From Chiloscyllium plagiosum (lineage: Eukaryota): 64,000 nt of DNA. Made by a program: the position numbers and the translations under genes. Below the pieces are notes generated by a model, which had not been told where the DNA came from, did not search any database, and saw only the letters and a list, made by a program, of their open reading frames with translations. Of this stretch, positions 63,101 through 64,000 are shown in pieces (within the stretch, counting starts at the first letter, position 1; each line of letters starts with the position of its first letter). Where the stretch lies: the NCBI RefSeq assembly GCF_004010195.1, contig NC_057719.1:20287433-20351432 (forward strand), given 5' to 3'.

Positions 63101-64000
63101 TACTCTCTCTGCTCCCCTTTCCGGGATTTGGCCCTGTGCTCGCTCTGCTCCCTGTTCCGTGATTTGGCCCTATTCTCGCTCATCTCCCCACTCCGGGACT
63201 CGGCCCTGAACTCGCTCTGCTCCCTACTCCGGGATTCGGCCCTGAGCTCGCTCTGCTCCCCGCTCTGGGCCTCGGCCCTGAGTTCACTCTGCTCCCCGCT
63301 CTGGGACTCGGCCCTGAGTTCGCTCTGCTCCCCGCTCCGGGACCCGGCCCTGTTCTCGCTCTGCTCCCCGCTCTGGGACTCGGCCCTGAGCTCGCTCTGC
63401 TCCCCGCTCCGGGACTCGGCGCTGTGCTCGCTCTGCTCCCCGCTCCGCGACCCGGCCCTGTTCTCGTCTGCTCCCTGCTCCGGGACCCGGTCCTGTGCTC
63501 CCTCTACTCTCCCCTCCGGGACCTGGCTCTGTTCTCGCTCTGCTCCCCGCTCCGGGACCCGGCCCTGTTCTCGCTCTACTCCCCGCTCCGGGACTCGGCC
63601 CTGTACTCGCACTGCTCCCCACATCCGGGACTCGGCCCTGTACTCGATCTGCTCCCAGCTCCGAGACTCGGCCCTGTACTCACACTGCTCCCCACATCTG
63701 GGACTCGGCCCTGTACTCGCTCTGCTCCTCGCTCCGGGACCCGGCCCTGTGCTCGCTCTGCTCCCCGCTCCGGGACCCGGCCCTGTTCTCGCTCTGCTCC
63801 CCGCTCCGGGACCCAGCCCTGTGCTCGCTCTGCTCCCCACTCTGGGACCCGGCCCTGTGCTCGCTCTGCTCCCTGCTCCGGGAACCGGCCCTGTTCTCTC
63901 TCTGCTCCCCAATCTGGGACCCGGCCCTGTACTCGCACTGCTCCCCACATCCGGGACTCGGCCCTGTACTCGCTCTGCTCCCAGCTCCGAGACTCGGCCC
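57172..64000. repeat. GC-rich 36-bp minisatellite array, open at window end (about 190 units)
   Basis: Consensus CTCGCTCTGCTCCCCGCTCCGGGACTCGGCCCTGT(A/G); 12-aa periodicity in the ORF track (LALLPAPGLGPV). Confidence 0.98.

Noticed and set aside
57180..63950. Long ORFs (up to 606 aa) on both strands
   Set aside because: They follow from a 36-bp unit (multiple of 3) that lacks stops in most frames; many overlapping frames are open and indels shift the frame freely
57172..64000. CRISPR-like array (36-bp repeats)
   Set aside because: Units are contiguous with no unique spacers, there are no cas genes, and the context is eukaryotic

Overview
Repeat-dense vertebrate DNA with no recognisable intact gene, almost certainly from a shark. 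The evidence is HE1 V-SINEs, HER1/CR1 LINEs and SacSINE1-type Deu-SINE pieces; an orectolobiform such as a bamboo shark is plausible but is inference. Most of the window is nested mobile DNA: CR1/HER1 LINEs (one near full length, 10.9-15.1 kb), HE1 SINEs, Gypsy relics and a solo LTR, a Rex1 RT fragment, Harbinger, hAT and Tigger-type DNA-transposon relics. A >6.8 kb array of 36-bp minisatellite units runs off the right end. The most striking signal is about 20 Penelope-like element (PLE) insertions from at least four families, carrying minimal hammerhead ribozyme motifs (CTGANGA-stem II-GAAA-CGTC/GCTA). They share fold-back structure with a 30-40 nt one-sided tail, ~13-bp target-site duplications, and 5' boundaries just outside the ribozyme core. 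Also present are a ~500-bp direct duplication bounded by ribozyme cores and a speculative three-exon minus-strand reading frame. All calls were made by eye; boundaries of degraded elements are approximate.
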